Shown: positions 24,926 through 38,003 of the stretch, in pieces | How positions within the stretch are numbered: position 1 is the first letter of the stretch | Layout: the number at the start of each line of letters is the position of its first letter | Assembly: GCF_001194135.2 (NCBI RefSeq) | Contig: NC_069002.1 | Location: forward strand, 3,058,384-3,122,383 | Direction of reading: 5' to 3' | Length of the DNA: 64,000 bases | Origin: Octopus bimaculoides | Lineage: Eukaryota | Notes under the pieces: generated by a model | Databases searched by the model: none | What the model saw: only the letters and a program-made list of their open reading frames with translations | Told to the model about the DNA's origin: nothing | Position numbers and translations under genes: made by a program

Positions 24926-25555
24926 ACCATTCCTTAGTAACCGGACAGAGGTCAGTAGAGACAGTTGAGGAGCATAACGGTGAGAGGAAGAGAAAGTTTA
25001 AATCAAAGAAAATCGGAGCCATTTGGTAGTTGATATCTAAGCGAACGAGAGGCGGTGTGGTAAAGAAAATGGATTCTACATTAATTGAATGTAGAGCATT
25101 TCAGAAAGATTTATCAATATAGAGCAAAGTCTGGACACACAGGAATTGGTTTGAGACGGAAGATAAGATATTTATGTTTCAATGAGGAATAAAATTTGTC
25201 TTTGTGTCTGAGAGATTAATAAGATTTATTTAAAACATGGATGAGTGTGCGTGAGCATTACATACATGCATACATACATACATACATACATACATACATA
25301 CATACANNNNNNNNNNTATACATATATACACACCCAAACACGCAAGCACACACACAAACACACACATACACACACATACACACACACTCGTACATATATG
25401 TGCGTGTCTGTGCGGAGTTGTATGCATTAGGTACGGTGATGTAGGTACGCATATCTTTATAAAATGTGTATGCTTGTGTTTACATATATATACACGTATA
25501 GATGTGTACGTGTATATATGTACAAATGCATCTAGATGTATACATGTACATATCA

Positions 25556-25596
<41 letters not shown>

Positions 25597-25735
25597 NNNN
25601 NNNNNNNNNNNNNNNNNNNNNNNNNNNNNNNNNNNNNNNNNNNNNNNNNNNNNNNNNNNNNNNNNNNNNNNNNNNNNNNNNNNNNNNNNNNNNNNNNNNN
25701 NNNNNNNNNNNNNNNNNNNNNNNNNNNNNNNNNNN

Positions 25736-25771
<36 letters not shown>

Positions 25772-26176
25772 CATTTATATAGGCATATATATGTGTGTGT
25801 GCGTGTGGGTGTGTGCACATATATGTATATATATGTAAATATGCGCGTGTGTTCGCGCGTGTGTGCGTGTGTGCGTGTGTGTGTGCGCGTGTGTATAGTG
25901 TGTGTGTGTGTGTGTGTGTGTGTATTTAGTTTTACGGTTGTTGCGATTTAACGTATGAGACAGTACAAATTGGTGAGAATTGCAAGTCGTATTCACATCT
26001 ATAACCTCATTCTGACCAATATCCTAACAGACATGAAAAGCTTTGCAATGCTTAATATCTATTCATATTTAAATTTCATTCATTAAAGTAATGCGCAATT
26101 GATTTTACACAGATACAAATTTATCTGGGTGTGCTCGTGTGGGTGTGCGGGCGAGCGCATGTATGTGTATATGCAC

Positions 26177-26238
<62 letters not shown>

Positions 26239-27191
26239 ACACTCTCAGAGGTAAATACGCATATACATATAGACACAGTTAGACACATATCTATATATTT
26301 ATATACATTCCCATCCAACGACTATTATATATATACATATATATATATATGCACCCACACACAATATATATATAGATAGATACATACATACATACATATA
26401 TACATACATACATATAAGTATACACGTATGTATGAATAAATGTATTTGTATATATATATATATATATATACGGGTGTTGTGTGTATATGTGTGTGTGTGA
26501 GTGTGTGAGTGTGTTTGTAATTGCGTTTGTGTGCATATCTATACAAACATCTGTGTGTGTATGTATAAGTACATTCATATGTAGATATATGTCCCATTAT
26601 CTGTCTATCAACACAACAGTATATTGAATACATGTGTCACGTATGTAGAAGAAGTGTTTCAATGAAAATAAATCATTTAATATTACTATTATCTATTGAC
26701 AGACATCATATTTGCAATCATATATAACTTTGCTGTAAGAGAATGTAACAAAAGAATATGGCGGACATGAAACCGTTTCCGGCAACTATCGCACTTTAGT
26801 CTTATCCAATTACTGTCTCGTTTGGTTCTTTCGCAAATTGCTACACCTCTCATTTCCGACTCAGTCTCGCTTTCATGCAGGCTTAGTTTTTAAAAACATA
26901 TATATGTGTATTGTGTGCGTGTTGTTGCATGTGAATATATATTTATTTATATTCATGCCTGCATTTGCATATGTGTATATTACATATGGATAGACAGACA
27001 CCCGAACAGACAGACAGACACGCTGAGAGATATATTGAGAGATGGACAGATGAGATACATAGATCGTCACGTAGATGTATCATGCATGTAAATTTCTCTC
27101 TCTCTCTGTTTTCCTCTCCCCCTTTCCATTTGTACATATACATATATACACGCACGCATAGATGCATACATATGCATACACACACGCAAAC

Positions 27192-27269
<78 letters not shown>

Positions 27270-27349
27270 AAGCATGTACTTAATTAAAAATATATGTATT
27301 GAAATGCAAAGAAAGAGACATTTTAAGTGAGAGACAGACCGACAGAGAG

Positions 27350-27377
27350 GCGTACAAACAGACAGACAGACAGACAA

Positions 27378-27455
<78 letters not shown>
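27350..27455. repeat. (GACA)n(GATA)n microsatellite
   Basis: Direct reading. Confidence 0.96.
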
Positions 27456-27456
<1 letters not shown>

Positions 27457-27767
27457 TCAAATAATATAATCGTTAGAAGAATAATATTCTGCAGCGATAC
27501 GATTATATTCGATAAAACGTAGAAAGAGAAAGCTTTGAAAGAAACCGTCGTATCGTGAGGGACATGAAATAGGAAACTTCAAAAATAGTTCGTTTTCTCA
27601 TGACGAGGCGCCTACAAACTTCATTTATTTTGTGATACATTGTACTCATGCAGATATAAAAATACCAGGTCGTATCTGAATTTATTTACGCTCATACACC
27701 CGCACACCTACACACGTATGCATTAGTTAGTGCAACAGCTAGATATAGAGAATGAGATATATGCATT

Positions 27768-27852
<85 letters not shown>

Positions 27853-28256
27853 GTATACATATATATGTGTATATATATATGTATACATATATATGCATAT
27901 ATACACACATATATACAGATATATACACAGACACAATTAGTCTGGATCATGTCGATCGTGCTTATTATTTTGGTAGGTTCTGTTATGTAATTATCTAGAA
28001 GTATACAATGTAGGAATATTAATAAATTAATTAATTAATAACCAATTAATAATATTCCCATTTTATCGTTGTATTATATAATTAAGAACGTTTATTTAAT
28101 AATATCAGTTACTCCTCAACTCCAACGCCAGTATCAGTCGGTGTCTCTGTTCTGTTTAAGTATTGCGTAATGCAGGAATCATGTTTAATGTACCGTGCTA
28201 TTGAAACACATATAGCACGGACTGAACTGCTTTTGTTCATTCATCCTCTTTCATTT

Positions 28257-28328
<72 letters not shown>

Positions 28329-28333
<5 letters not shown>

Positions 28334-28668
28334 GCGTGGCTGAGCGCAAAGAAGCTTGCTTCCCTACCACATGGTTCCGTTTTCAGTCCCACTATGTGGC
28401 ACTTTGGGCAAGTGTTTTCTACTATAGTCTCGGGTCGACCAAAGCGTTGTGAGTGGATTTGGTAGATGGAAACTGAAAGAATCCTGTCGTATATATGTAT
28501 ATATGTATGTTTGTGTGCCTGTGTTTGAACCCTCCACCACCACATCGCTTGACAACTGATGCTGGTGTGTTTACGTCTCCGTACCATAGTGGTTCGGCAA
28601 AAAGTGCCCGATAGAATAAGTACTAAGCTTACAAAGAATAAGTCCTGGAGTCGATTGTATAATTCTAA
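28329..28668 (+). mobile_element. SINE family B lacking its terminal part (fused to family A)
   Basis: CAGGCGTGGCTG...GAAGCTTGCTTCCC...GGTTCCGTTTCAGTCCCAC...CATCGCTTGACAAC...AAAGAATAAGTCCTGGAGTCGAT. Confidence 0.92.
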
Positions 28669-28885
28669 GGTGGCGAGCTGGCAGAAACGTTAGCACGCCG
28701 GGCGAAATGCTTAGCGATATTTCGTCTGTCTTCACGTCCTGAGTTCAAATTCCGCCGAGGTCGACTTTGCCTTTCATCCTTTCGGGGTCGATAAATTAAG
28801 TACCAGTTGCGTACTGGGGTCGATATAATCGACTGGCCCACTTCCACAAAAATTTTGGGCCTTGTGCCTAGAGTAGAAAAGAATA
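28669..28885 (+). mobile_element. SINE family A, full length, well conserved
   Basis: GGTGGCGAGCTGGCAGAAACGTTAGC (A-box-like), GAGTTCAAATTCC (B-box), tail CTTGTGCCTAGAGTAGAAAAG. Confidence 0.95.
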
Positions 28886-29146
28886 TTGTATAATGCCGAT
28901 GTCACCCATATCCTTCTGTGCAGTCGATCACTTACAGAAGCCCAAAACAATGGTGAAAATTACTTAGCTCACGTGACTTAGATGACCTGCGTAGAACATG
29001 AGAACTAATCTGTTTTCCAGAGTAAGCAATCTTAAACACACTCACACACATACAAACACACACAAACGCACATAAACACAAACAAACATATAAATGAGAG
29101 AAACACACACACACGATGTGTACTGACACACTTATATAATTATAAT

Positions 29147-29178
<32 letters not shown>

Positions 29179-29544
29179 AAGTTCATGACACATGAGTACA
29201 TAAGAATGAAAGCATTAGTAATCTTTGAAAAGTCTTTCATGAAGTTAGATATAACCACCGCGCATGTTCGCAACATGCCATACTCTCTCTGATCACGAAA
29301 AGCCTCTGAAAGTTCTGAGAAGCTTGCATGCGTGTGTGTGAAACTTAAATAATATACCAGCATGTCATTAACTGTTTACCTGTAGATGTAAATATCTTCA
29401 AAATCTTAATCAGCGCTTCTTTCTGTGAATACAAACATAAGTATGTGCCTGTGTATATATATATATATAGGTGCAAGAGTGTATGTGTGGTAAGAAGCAT
29501 ATATGTATATATGTCTATACATACATACATACATACATACATAC

Positions 29545-29655
29545 CCTGTTGTTGGTGTTGAAATTCCAATGAAGTAGCCTTCGATCTAGGTTAGAAACCG
29601 GTTCTTTCTCTATTGGCAAGAAATCTTGATATAAACTGAATAATGACATACATTC
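29545..29655 (+). repeat. Short dispersed repeat family E, flanked by (ACAT)n-type repeats
   Basis: GGTGTTGAAATTCCAATGAAG...CTAGGTTAGAAACCGGTTCTTTCTCTATTGG; second copy at 18786-18865. Confidence 0.7.
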
Positions 29656-32494
29656 ATATATAGATATAAAATTATTTTATATTCGTGTAAAGTGATAGAT
29701 AGATAGATACAAAGATTAATAGACAGACATATAGATGCTTAAGCATATATATATGTATGCTTTTGTGTGTGTGTGTACACAAAGATATACATGTTTGTTT
29801 GTGTATGTGTGTGTGTATATACATATATGTATATGGGTGTATGTGCGTGTATGTGTTATCAAACAGTATGTACATAAGTCTTCTATTAGTGTTAAGTTTT
29901 GTATTCATTACATTATAATTACTTTAAATAATGCGTTTCAAAATTCATGACGATAGAATATCACACATAGCTGTCTGTTTGCAAGTGTGTGTCGCACACA
30001 CAGAGTGTTTCTGTGTGTCAGTACATGTATGAGGGTAAGTGTAAAACAAGAAGGGATTTTAATTGTAGGAAAATGAAAGTAGCATTCTTTATGGTTGCAT
30101 TGAAATTAGTTATTTACAGAAAGTTTTAATTGAAAGCAAATGAAGATAGAAACGAAGTTCAAAGATCATAAATATTTACTGTTACTGAACACGGATGGGA
30201 ATGCATTTAATAATAGGAAAACTAAACGCGCGCGCGCGCACGCACACACACACGCACACACACACACACACACACATATATATANNNNNNNNNNNNNNNN
30301 NNNNNNNNNNNNNNNNNNNNNNNNNNNNNNNNNNNNNNNNNNNNNNNNNNNNNNNNNNNNNNNNNNNNNNNNNNNNNNNNNNNNNNNNNNNNNNNNNNNN
30401 NNNNNNNNNNNNNNNNNNNNNNNNNNNNNNNNNNNNNNNNNNNNNNNNNNNNNNNNNNNNNNNNNNNNNNNNNNNNNNNNNNNNNNNNNNNNNNNNNNNN
30501 NNNNNNNNNNNNNNNNNNNNNNNNNNNNNNNNNNNNNNNNNNNNNNNNNNNNNNNNNNNNNNNNNNNNNNNNNNNNNNNNNNNNNNNNNNNNNNNNNNNN
30601 NNNNNNNNNNNNNNNNNNNNNNNNNNNNNNNNNNNNNNNNNNNNNNNNNNNNNNNNNNNNNNNNNNNNNNNNNNNNNNNNNNNNNNNNNNNNNNNNNNNN
30701 NNNNNNNNNNNNNNNNNNNNNNNNNNNNNNNNNNNNNNNNNNNNNNNNNNNNNNNNNNNNNNNNNNNNNNNNNNNNNNNNNNNNNNNNNNNNNNNNNNNN
30801 NNNNNNNNNNNNNNNNNNNNNNNNNNNNNNNNNNNNNNNNNNNNNNNNNNNNNNNNNNNNNNNNNNNNNNNNNNNNNNNNNNNNNNNNNNNNNNNNNNNN
30901 NNNNNNNNNNNNNNNNNNNNNNNNNNNNNNNNNNNNNNNNNNNNNNNNNNNNNNNNNNNNNNNNNNNNNNNNNNNNNNNNNNNNNNNNNNNNNNNNNNCA
31001 AAAAGGGAATGAAAATACAGCACCCATGGAAATGCAAGTACCTGAACCCTTCCTGAGTTGGGAATCATTACAATTTCGGTACCCAATACAATATTGTTCC
31101 TGACATACGGGCATACGACTTGCTTTGGACATCTTTTAAACTTGACAGAGCCCGTCCCTCACCAGGTCTGGCCATTGACCATCTTCCAGAAAGAGAAAGA
31201 AAGTCAGTCAGAAAGAAAGAGTTAAAGAAACAGAACATAGCTGGCTCAAATTTAAGGTGGTGGAGTGGCTTTCTATGTCAGCTCACAACTACGTGGCTAT
31301 CTAAAACAATTAGCCAATGCATAGTCCATGCTACGAACATATTCTCACTTGCGATTGACGGATGGACTGTACGTTTTGTATTTGCCTAAATTATCGTCTG
31401 TCTCTTTCCATTACAAATTTGATGGTGTCTTTATTTAACAACACTGTATTACTTTCATACTCTTTATTTGATATTTCCGTCGCCATTTCCAGGAACAATT
31501 GCCTCGTGTTTTCTTAAAGACGATTCTTTCTTCGGATCATAATTTCATTTTCGACTGGATGTTTTCCAAATAATTCTCTTGTTTATCTTTCCGTTCGGAG
31601 ATAACTAAAATGGGGCTAATGTTTCAGATAGTTCTTCAAATTGCATGTATTATCTTTTATAGAATCTATACAGACATGTAATGCAATCATTATTTCTGAA
31701 CTATCGTAGTGCTGCTCCTGGCAACGCAGCAGGGGAGAGGAGGTGCTGGCTGCCAGTTTTAAACTATTCATTGATTCGTTTTCTCTTTATCTGCTAAATC
31801 GCCTCCAAATAAACCGATCTTACTTTCTTATCAATGGCTCGTTTAATACCATCTGCTGTGGTTCTGTCTTAATTTTTGCTATAACATCAGCTCATATGAA
31901 TTATCTCTTTAAATCGGCAACCATAGTGTCATGAGATTTACTTCGGCATTTATTTGCAAAGAAACTCATTACACTTTACGTTCAACATTCCCTTTGTGAA
32001 TTCACAACTAAAACTAAGCTCAACCCCCGCAACAGTTACTTCTCATTTGTTATCCAGGCTAATATTGTACTGTTTACCAGCTCTTTACAAATAAGCAGCC
32101 CTTCGGTAAATAATGTGCAATCCTCCATTGGTTTTTCATTGCAGTGACATCGATTACCTTAATTCAAAAGCGAATCAGCATTTAGATTTTAATACTGATT
32201 TATCGTTTCAATTAATATAGGAAAGGGATACCCGCCGTTACTCAGGATCATATACACACATGCATATAAAAGCAGCATGAATATATGGAATATGATAATG
32301 ATGACACCATATTTTATAGGTATTTCTCTATTCCCATCAGCCTCTTGCAGCAAATTATTTATGACTATATACATCTTCAATGAGTGTATAATATGTTCTG
32401 CGTTTGTGTTTTTGCGTGAAGCCCTCTTTATCTTTGTATGTACACTTGCATACGCATTACTCCACTTCATCCACAACTTAAATCACTAACAATC

Positions 32495-32830
32495 AAATGA
32501 CACGTCAATTCCTCAACCAATCAGTTAACGCTACCCTTCCTTTCGAGGACAAATCAAACTACAAACGTACGAGTCGTCATTTTGTAAACCAGTCGAGTCA
32601 CAGAATCGTATCTTCAGGCCTGGAACCCTTTCAACAAACAAATGCAGCACTGTATTTCGAACGCTTCAGATTAGACAACAACTACAAACTCATCAACGGA
32701 TGTACGAGTTCAAAGAGGAAACTGAGAGTAACTGCCGTCAACTTGTACTTTTTACGGTATAAAATATTTTTTTTAATTCTGTATTTAGTATTGAATTCTC
32801 TTGTTCAACGCGTTGCGAGAGTAAAGCGAC
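32495..32830 (+). promoter_or_regulatory. Possible promoter-like segment (CCAAT box, CRE half-site, CpG-rich)
   Basis: AACCAATCAG at 32515-32524 (NF-Y consensus), CACGTCA at 32501-32507, about 19 CpG in 330 bp by manual count. Could instead be a retroelement terminal repeat. Confidence 0.25.
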
Positions 32831-32926
32831 GGAAGTATTATCATTTACACACAAAATATATACGTATGTTATATGTATGTGTGGATATATACATATGTAT
32901 GTATGTGTGTGTGCATGTGTGTAAAC

Positions 32927-32986
<60 letters not shown>

Positions 32987-33755
32987 CATATATATGTTTG
33001 TATGTATGTGTATGTATATATATATACATAAGAACATAAGCACACAAACACGCACATATATGTGTGAGTGTGTGCTTATGTATATATATATACATATATA
33101 TTTATATATGGTTCTGAGTTTAACAGACACTCCCTTGTCATTTTCTGGCCATCAGAAACGTATTGAACGAGCGACTGTGCCCGTTGAAAACCTATATTTA
33201 ACAAAACTATTGTTCACCAGATGTATAATATCAAATTAATATAAAAATAAATTAGTGCTGGGTCGATACAATGGACTATAAGCAAACCGCCACCACTCCC
33301 TTGCACGTATGGTTCTGAGGGCGAATAGTAACAACAACGTTATCATTGTTGTGTACGAAAATGGCTGTTATACAGTAAATACTGTCTGTGTGTGATATAA
33401 CTGTTTATAATTAAATTGGGAAATTTCAAAAACTGCGGGAATAAATGCATTTCACTAAAAAAAAGTGTATCAAAAAAATATAAAACAAAAAATGTAATTA
33501 CACTATTAAAATTGATGTTGAATAAAATAATAAAAATATAAAATGATAAATATCAAAAAAAAAATGTAATCAAATAAAAGTGATGTATTTCTCAATGAAC
33601 ATCAATGAGTACAGAAATAAATTATTACCACAAATATAATGAAGAAGAATATATACACGAAATTAGCAACGGCAATTTATATTGTAATGGAATAACTGAC
33701 CGAGATGGAAGTGAGTAATGTTTATGATTTCATTGCAGTTCTTAGAAATGCACGT

Positions 33756-33975
33756 GAAGTGGTGCATTAGCGAAGTTGTTAAAACGGTTGTTAGGGATAG
33801 AATTCCTTTGCAGTATATTTTCAGCGTCTTGGTATTCCGAGTTCAAATTCTGCCGAAGTGAAATTCTCCTTTTAAGCATCCGATAGCGATAAAAAAAATG
33901 TACCAATCAATTTCTGGGCACGATTATTTTGTCCCCTGAAAATTTATTGCCATGTGCCGAGTTTGCGGAATTGTT
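33756..33975 (+). mobile_element. SINE family A, highly degenerate
   Basis: CCGAGTTCAAATTCTGCCGAAGTG and GTCCCCTGAAAATTTATTGCCATGTGCC. Confidence 0.65.
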
Positions 33976-33984
33976 AAAGATGAC

Positions 33985-34145
33985 CTTAAGATCAAAGGTT
34001 ATCTAGCCGTGCCCATCCCATCTTTTTAGTTATAAAAACAAACTAAGACAGAATCTTTCGATTAGACTTTCGTTTATAATGAGATATAGGAAAGATTTGG
34101 CTGCTATTTCTAGTAGACCTAGTGACTGTTTTGACAACAAGGAAT
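33985..34145 (-). mobile_element. Dispersed repeat family D
   Basis: ATCAAAGGTTATCTAGCCGTG..CCCATCTTTTT and GATTTGGCTGCTATTTCTAG on plus. Confidence 0.65.
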
Positions 34146-34339
34146 ATCACTCCTTCTCACTCTCCTCCTCTCTTTTTCTCACCCTCCCTCTCTCCTTATC
34201 ACCTTCTCACCTGTTCTCACTCTCCCCTTTTCAATCTCTCTCTACGATTCACCCTTTCTTTCTCTCCCTCTCTCCTTCTCACCTTTTCTCGCTCTCTCTC
34301 TCTCTCTCTCCTCTTCTCAAACTCTCTCCACTACTCAGC

Positions 34340-34372
<33 letters not shown>

Positions 34373-35149
34373 TTTCTCTTCTTTAGCTACTTCAGAAGAC
34401 CTGTTGTCATGTTGCACTCGTGAAACAATGGTTTTGTTCCGTTCCATAAACAAGGGAAAGACGATTGAACACTCATAAGCTCATAAGTAATGCTTACTAA
34501 TATAATTGTTAATGGGCATATGTATGTATATATATANNNNNNNNNNNNNNNNNNNNNNNNNNNNNNNNNNNNNNNNNNNNNNNNNNNNNNNNNNNNNNNN
34601 NNNNNNNNNNNNNNNNNNNNNNNNNNNNNNNNNNNNNNNNNNNNNNNNNNNNNNNNNNNNNNNNNNNNNNNNNNNNNNNNNNNNNNNNNNNNNNNNNNNN
34701 NNNNNNNNNNNNNNNNNNNNNNNNNNNNNNNNNNNNNNNNNNNNNNNNNNNNNNNNNNNNNNNNNNNNNNNNNNNNNNNNNNNNNNNNNNNNNNNNNNNN
34801 NNNNNNNNNNNNNNNNNNNNNNNNNNNNNNNNNNNNNNNNNNNNNNNNNNNNNNNNNNNNNNNNNNNNNNNNNNNNNNNNNNNNNNNNNNNNNNNNNNNN
34901 NNNNNNNNNNNNNNNNNNNNNNNNNNNNNNGGGGGGGCAATGAGAGGGGGCCAATGAAGCAACCAATTAGGGAGTGGCTATGTGGTTGCTTAATCTGAAA
35001 AGGTGCGATTAATTTAGAAATAGCAATCACGAATCTCTCTCAAATTACATTCTGCTTTATTAACAATAGAACAATGCATTAAACATTGTAGACTAAGAAT
35101 AGTACGGTCATGTTGTGGTGTTCGTGTTATTACTGTTATTGTTTTCGGT

Positions 35150-35312
35150 AAGGCAGTAGGCTGGCAGAACCTTTGGCACGCCAAGCAAGATGCTTAGGGA
35201 CATTTTGTTTTCCCTTACTTTTCGAGTACCAGTTACGCACTAGGGTCGGTCTAATCAATTTATCCCCTCCCCCACAATTTCAGGCCTTATGCTCATAGCA
35301 GAAACAATTATT
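35150..35312 (+). mobile_element. SINE family A, internally deleted
   Basis: GCTGGCAGAACC...GGCACGCC...GATGCTTAG, then GTACCAGTTACGCACTAGGGTCG...CAGGCCTTATGC. Confidence 0.75.
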
Positions 35313-35441
35313 ATTATTGTTATTATTCTTATTATTTCTATTTATCACGGAACCCAACAATAATTCGCGCTACCTTCACCTTCTTCATTTTCCATAGCCA
35401 GGCTATTTCATACTTAAGAGGGTTCATTATTATTATTATTA

Positions 35442-35489
<48 letters not shown>

Positions 35490-35695
35490 TTATTATTGTC
35501 GTCGCCGTCGTCGTCGTCTCTATTGTTGTTATGCTCGTTGAGGTCCAGCTCAGGACTATATAACAATGAAATTAAGAAATAAAACAACCAGCTTTGAGCA
35601 TCTCTTCATGTTGACAGTATAATGGTGGTAATTGATTGTACAAACGGAAGATTGTTGAAATGGCGGGATTGTACATTGATCATGTATAAGAGTCA

Positions 35696-35771
<76 letters not shown>

Positions 35772-36141
35772 GGGGGGAGGAGAGGGGAGGAGAAAAGGAA
35801 AGACAAAATCGAAAAGAAGTATAGGAAAAAAAAACGAAAGGACGAGAAGACAAATAAAACAAATTAAGAAAGTGATACACAGCAAAATGTAAGGGCACCG
35901 GAAGATTGATGGCAAATATCAGGACTTTCTAGACAGTTCCATAATGTTTGCAATCGATATGTTGATGTTGTCATTGTTGCTGCTGATGCTGCTGATGTTG
36001 CTGTTGTTGTTGTTGTTTTTTAATTGGTCCTTAAGGATATAAATCACTTTTCTCTCATGAAGTGGATGATTCATAAATATGAGGAATTGTTGCGGCTGTT
36101 GTTGTTGTTGTTGCTATCGTTACCTAACATTGTGTATGTAG

Positions 36142-36326
36142 ACGCAGGCATGACTTCTGCAGTTAAGAAACTCGCTTTGCAGTCACGGGGTTCCGGTTTC
36201 AGTTCCACCACTGCACGGAACCTTGGGCAAGTGTCTTCTATAGACTTGGGTTGACCAATGTCTTCTGAATGAACTGAGTGAATTTGTTAGACGGGAGCTG
36301 AGCGGAAGTCCGTCGAATTTATAACC

Positions 36327-36369
<43 letters not shown>

Positions 36370-36545
36370 TGTATGTGTGTGTATGCTGTGTTTGTGTATG
36401 TATATGTGTGCGTCAGAGTTTGACCCACAACCATCGCTTGACAACCGGTGTTGGATTTCCTATGTTCTTGTAACATAGCGGTTCGACAGAAGGGGACGGA
36501 TAAAATAAATACGAAGCTTTGAAAAGAAGTTCTAGGGTAGATTAG
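36142..36545 (+). mobile_element. SINE family B, near full length, degenerate
   Basis: GGTTCCGGTTTCAGTTCCAC...CTTGGGCAAGTGTCTTCTA...CCATCGCTTGACAACCGGTG...TAGCGGTTCG. Confidence 0.88.
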
Positions 36546-36565
36546 ATAGATAGATCGATGGAGGA

Positions 36566-36637
<72 letters not shown>

Positions 36638-37309
36638 GCAGACAGACGGACAGACAGATAGGATGTTCAACATCCTCCGTATTTTTCTGAACCTTATGTA
36701 TGACATGTTTTATAACATAGTTTAGGGCCCTGGAACTGTGTTAAGTATGCCTCAAACACATAGGCACGCAAGCCATACATACACTCAGCACACAAGCATA
36801 TACACACACACGAATAGCAGCATGCTCTGTAATTGTTATTCGGCGTAAGAAATGCTATGCAACAGAGATATGATATCGAGATATAAAAGGCAAGGAAGAG
36901 AAAGAGAGAGAAGGGAGGGGGGGAAGAACTTCGTTATGGTTGCTGAACACGTGAAATGCCGGAAGGTGGAGCGCGTGTCAACGTCAAACACTTCCTCCGC
37001 AGGTTAGCGAAGACTATTTTAATAAATAATGAATGAATCGATGAAACGAATGCAAAGGAGATTCTTTTTTTCTTCAATTTTCCTTATATATTCATTAGGG
37101 TATAGTTTAAAACATCCAATGGTGCGTAACTGCAAAGCTCACTATGACATCCTTGTTTTATATTTGCCTTGTTTTATATGTCTAGTTTTTTCTTCTGTTT
37201 TTTTTTTTTTTTGTTTCTTGCGTGCTTCCTTTTCTTTTTCACTTCCCAAAATCTACCTGAATTCATTTTCTTTCAATTGTTTCCTATTGTGTCTTAAACA
37301 CATATGTGC

Positions 37310-37340
<31 letters not shown>

Positions 37341-37424
37341 TTCGTACATATTTATATATGCATACATATTACATAAGCACATACACACGCACACATATAT
37401 TGCGTATAGCCGCCTTCATTATTG

Positions 37425-37478
37425 CTCCAGCATGGCTGCAGTCAAATTACTGAAACAGATTAAAGAATAAAAGAATAT
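37425..37478 (+). mobile_element. SINE family B, 3' tail
   Basis: GCTCCAGCATGGCTGCAGTCAAATTACTGAAACAG...AAGAATAAAAG. Confidence 0.8.
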
Positions 37479-37738
37479 ATTTATATATATGCAAGGTATG
37501 TGTGTATATAAATATCGATTTCTAGCATATATCGATTGACTATACGCACACATCTTATAGAGAGGAGCGTGAGCGTTGTCAATTAGATAGTTTTTCAATA
37601 TTTGAATGGTATGGTATTGTATAGGCATCGGGTGGGTGAAATTTATTGTCGACACGAACGAGAATTGAACCCAAAGCGCGTAAAATGATCAAGCTAAATT
37701 TCACAGGCCTTTTGTCCATTGCTCCACTTTTTCTTCAG

Positions 37739-37769
<31 letters not shown>

Positions 37770-37892
37770 NNNNNNNNNNNNNNNNNNNNNNNNNNNNNNN
37801 NNNNNNNNNNNNNNNNNNNNNNNNNNNNNNNNNNNNNNNNCATTTAAGAAACACACAAAATCCGTTAGATTCACTTCAACATTTAAATTTAA

Positions 37893-37943
37893 TTTGCCAA
37901 AATATTTTCGTCGCTTTGAGACCGCGACCTGTTCACTGACAAA
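37893..37943 (-). ncRNA. Minimal type I hammerhead ribozyme motif with G3-C8 core variant
   Basis: Minus strand: TTTGTCA GTGAACA G GTCGC-GGTCTCAAA-GCGAC GAAA ATAT T T TGGCAAA; 7-bp stem I (one G.U), 5-bp stem II, palindromic stem III AATATT, UUU triplet. Confidence 0.7.
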
Positions 37944-37956
37944 ATTCCGTGCTGCA

Positions 37957-38003
37957 TCATTGAACAGGTCGCGGATTCAAAGCGACGAAAATATTTTGGC
38001 AAA
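37957..38003 (+). ncRNA. Second, damaged copy of the same hammerhead motif
   Basis: TCA TTGAACA G GTCGC-GGATTCAAA-GCGAC GAAA ATAT T T TGGCAAA; core position 3 is U (no 3-8 pair) and stem I is cut to 3 bp. Confidence 0.55.

Noticed and set aside
28936-28986. Possible 51-nt minus-strand exon (ACGCAG|...|GTAAGT; SSKSRELSNFHHCFGLL)
   Set aside because: Such signal pairs are expected by chance in 64 kb; no homology and opposite strand to the well-supported exon.
32497-32982. 161-aa ORF MTRQFLNQ...
   Set aside because: No motif, ends in microsatellite; ORFs with this much unique sequence are expected by chance.
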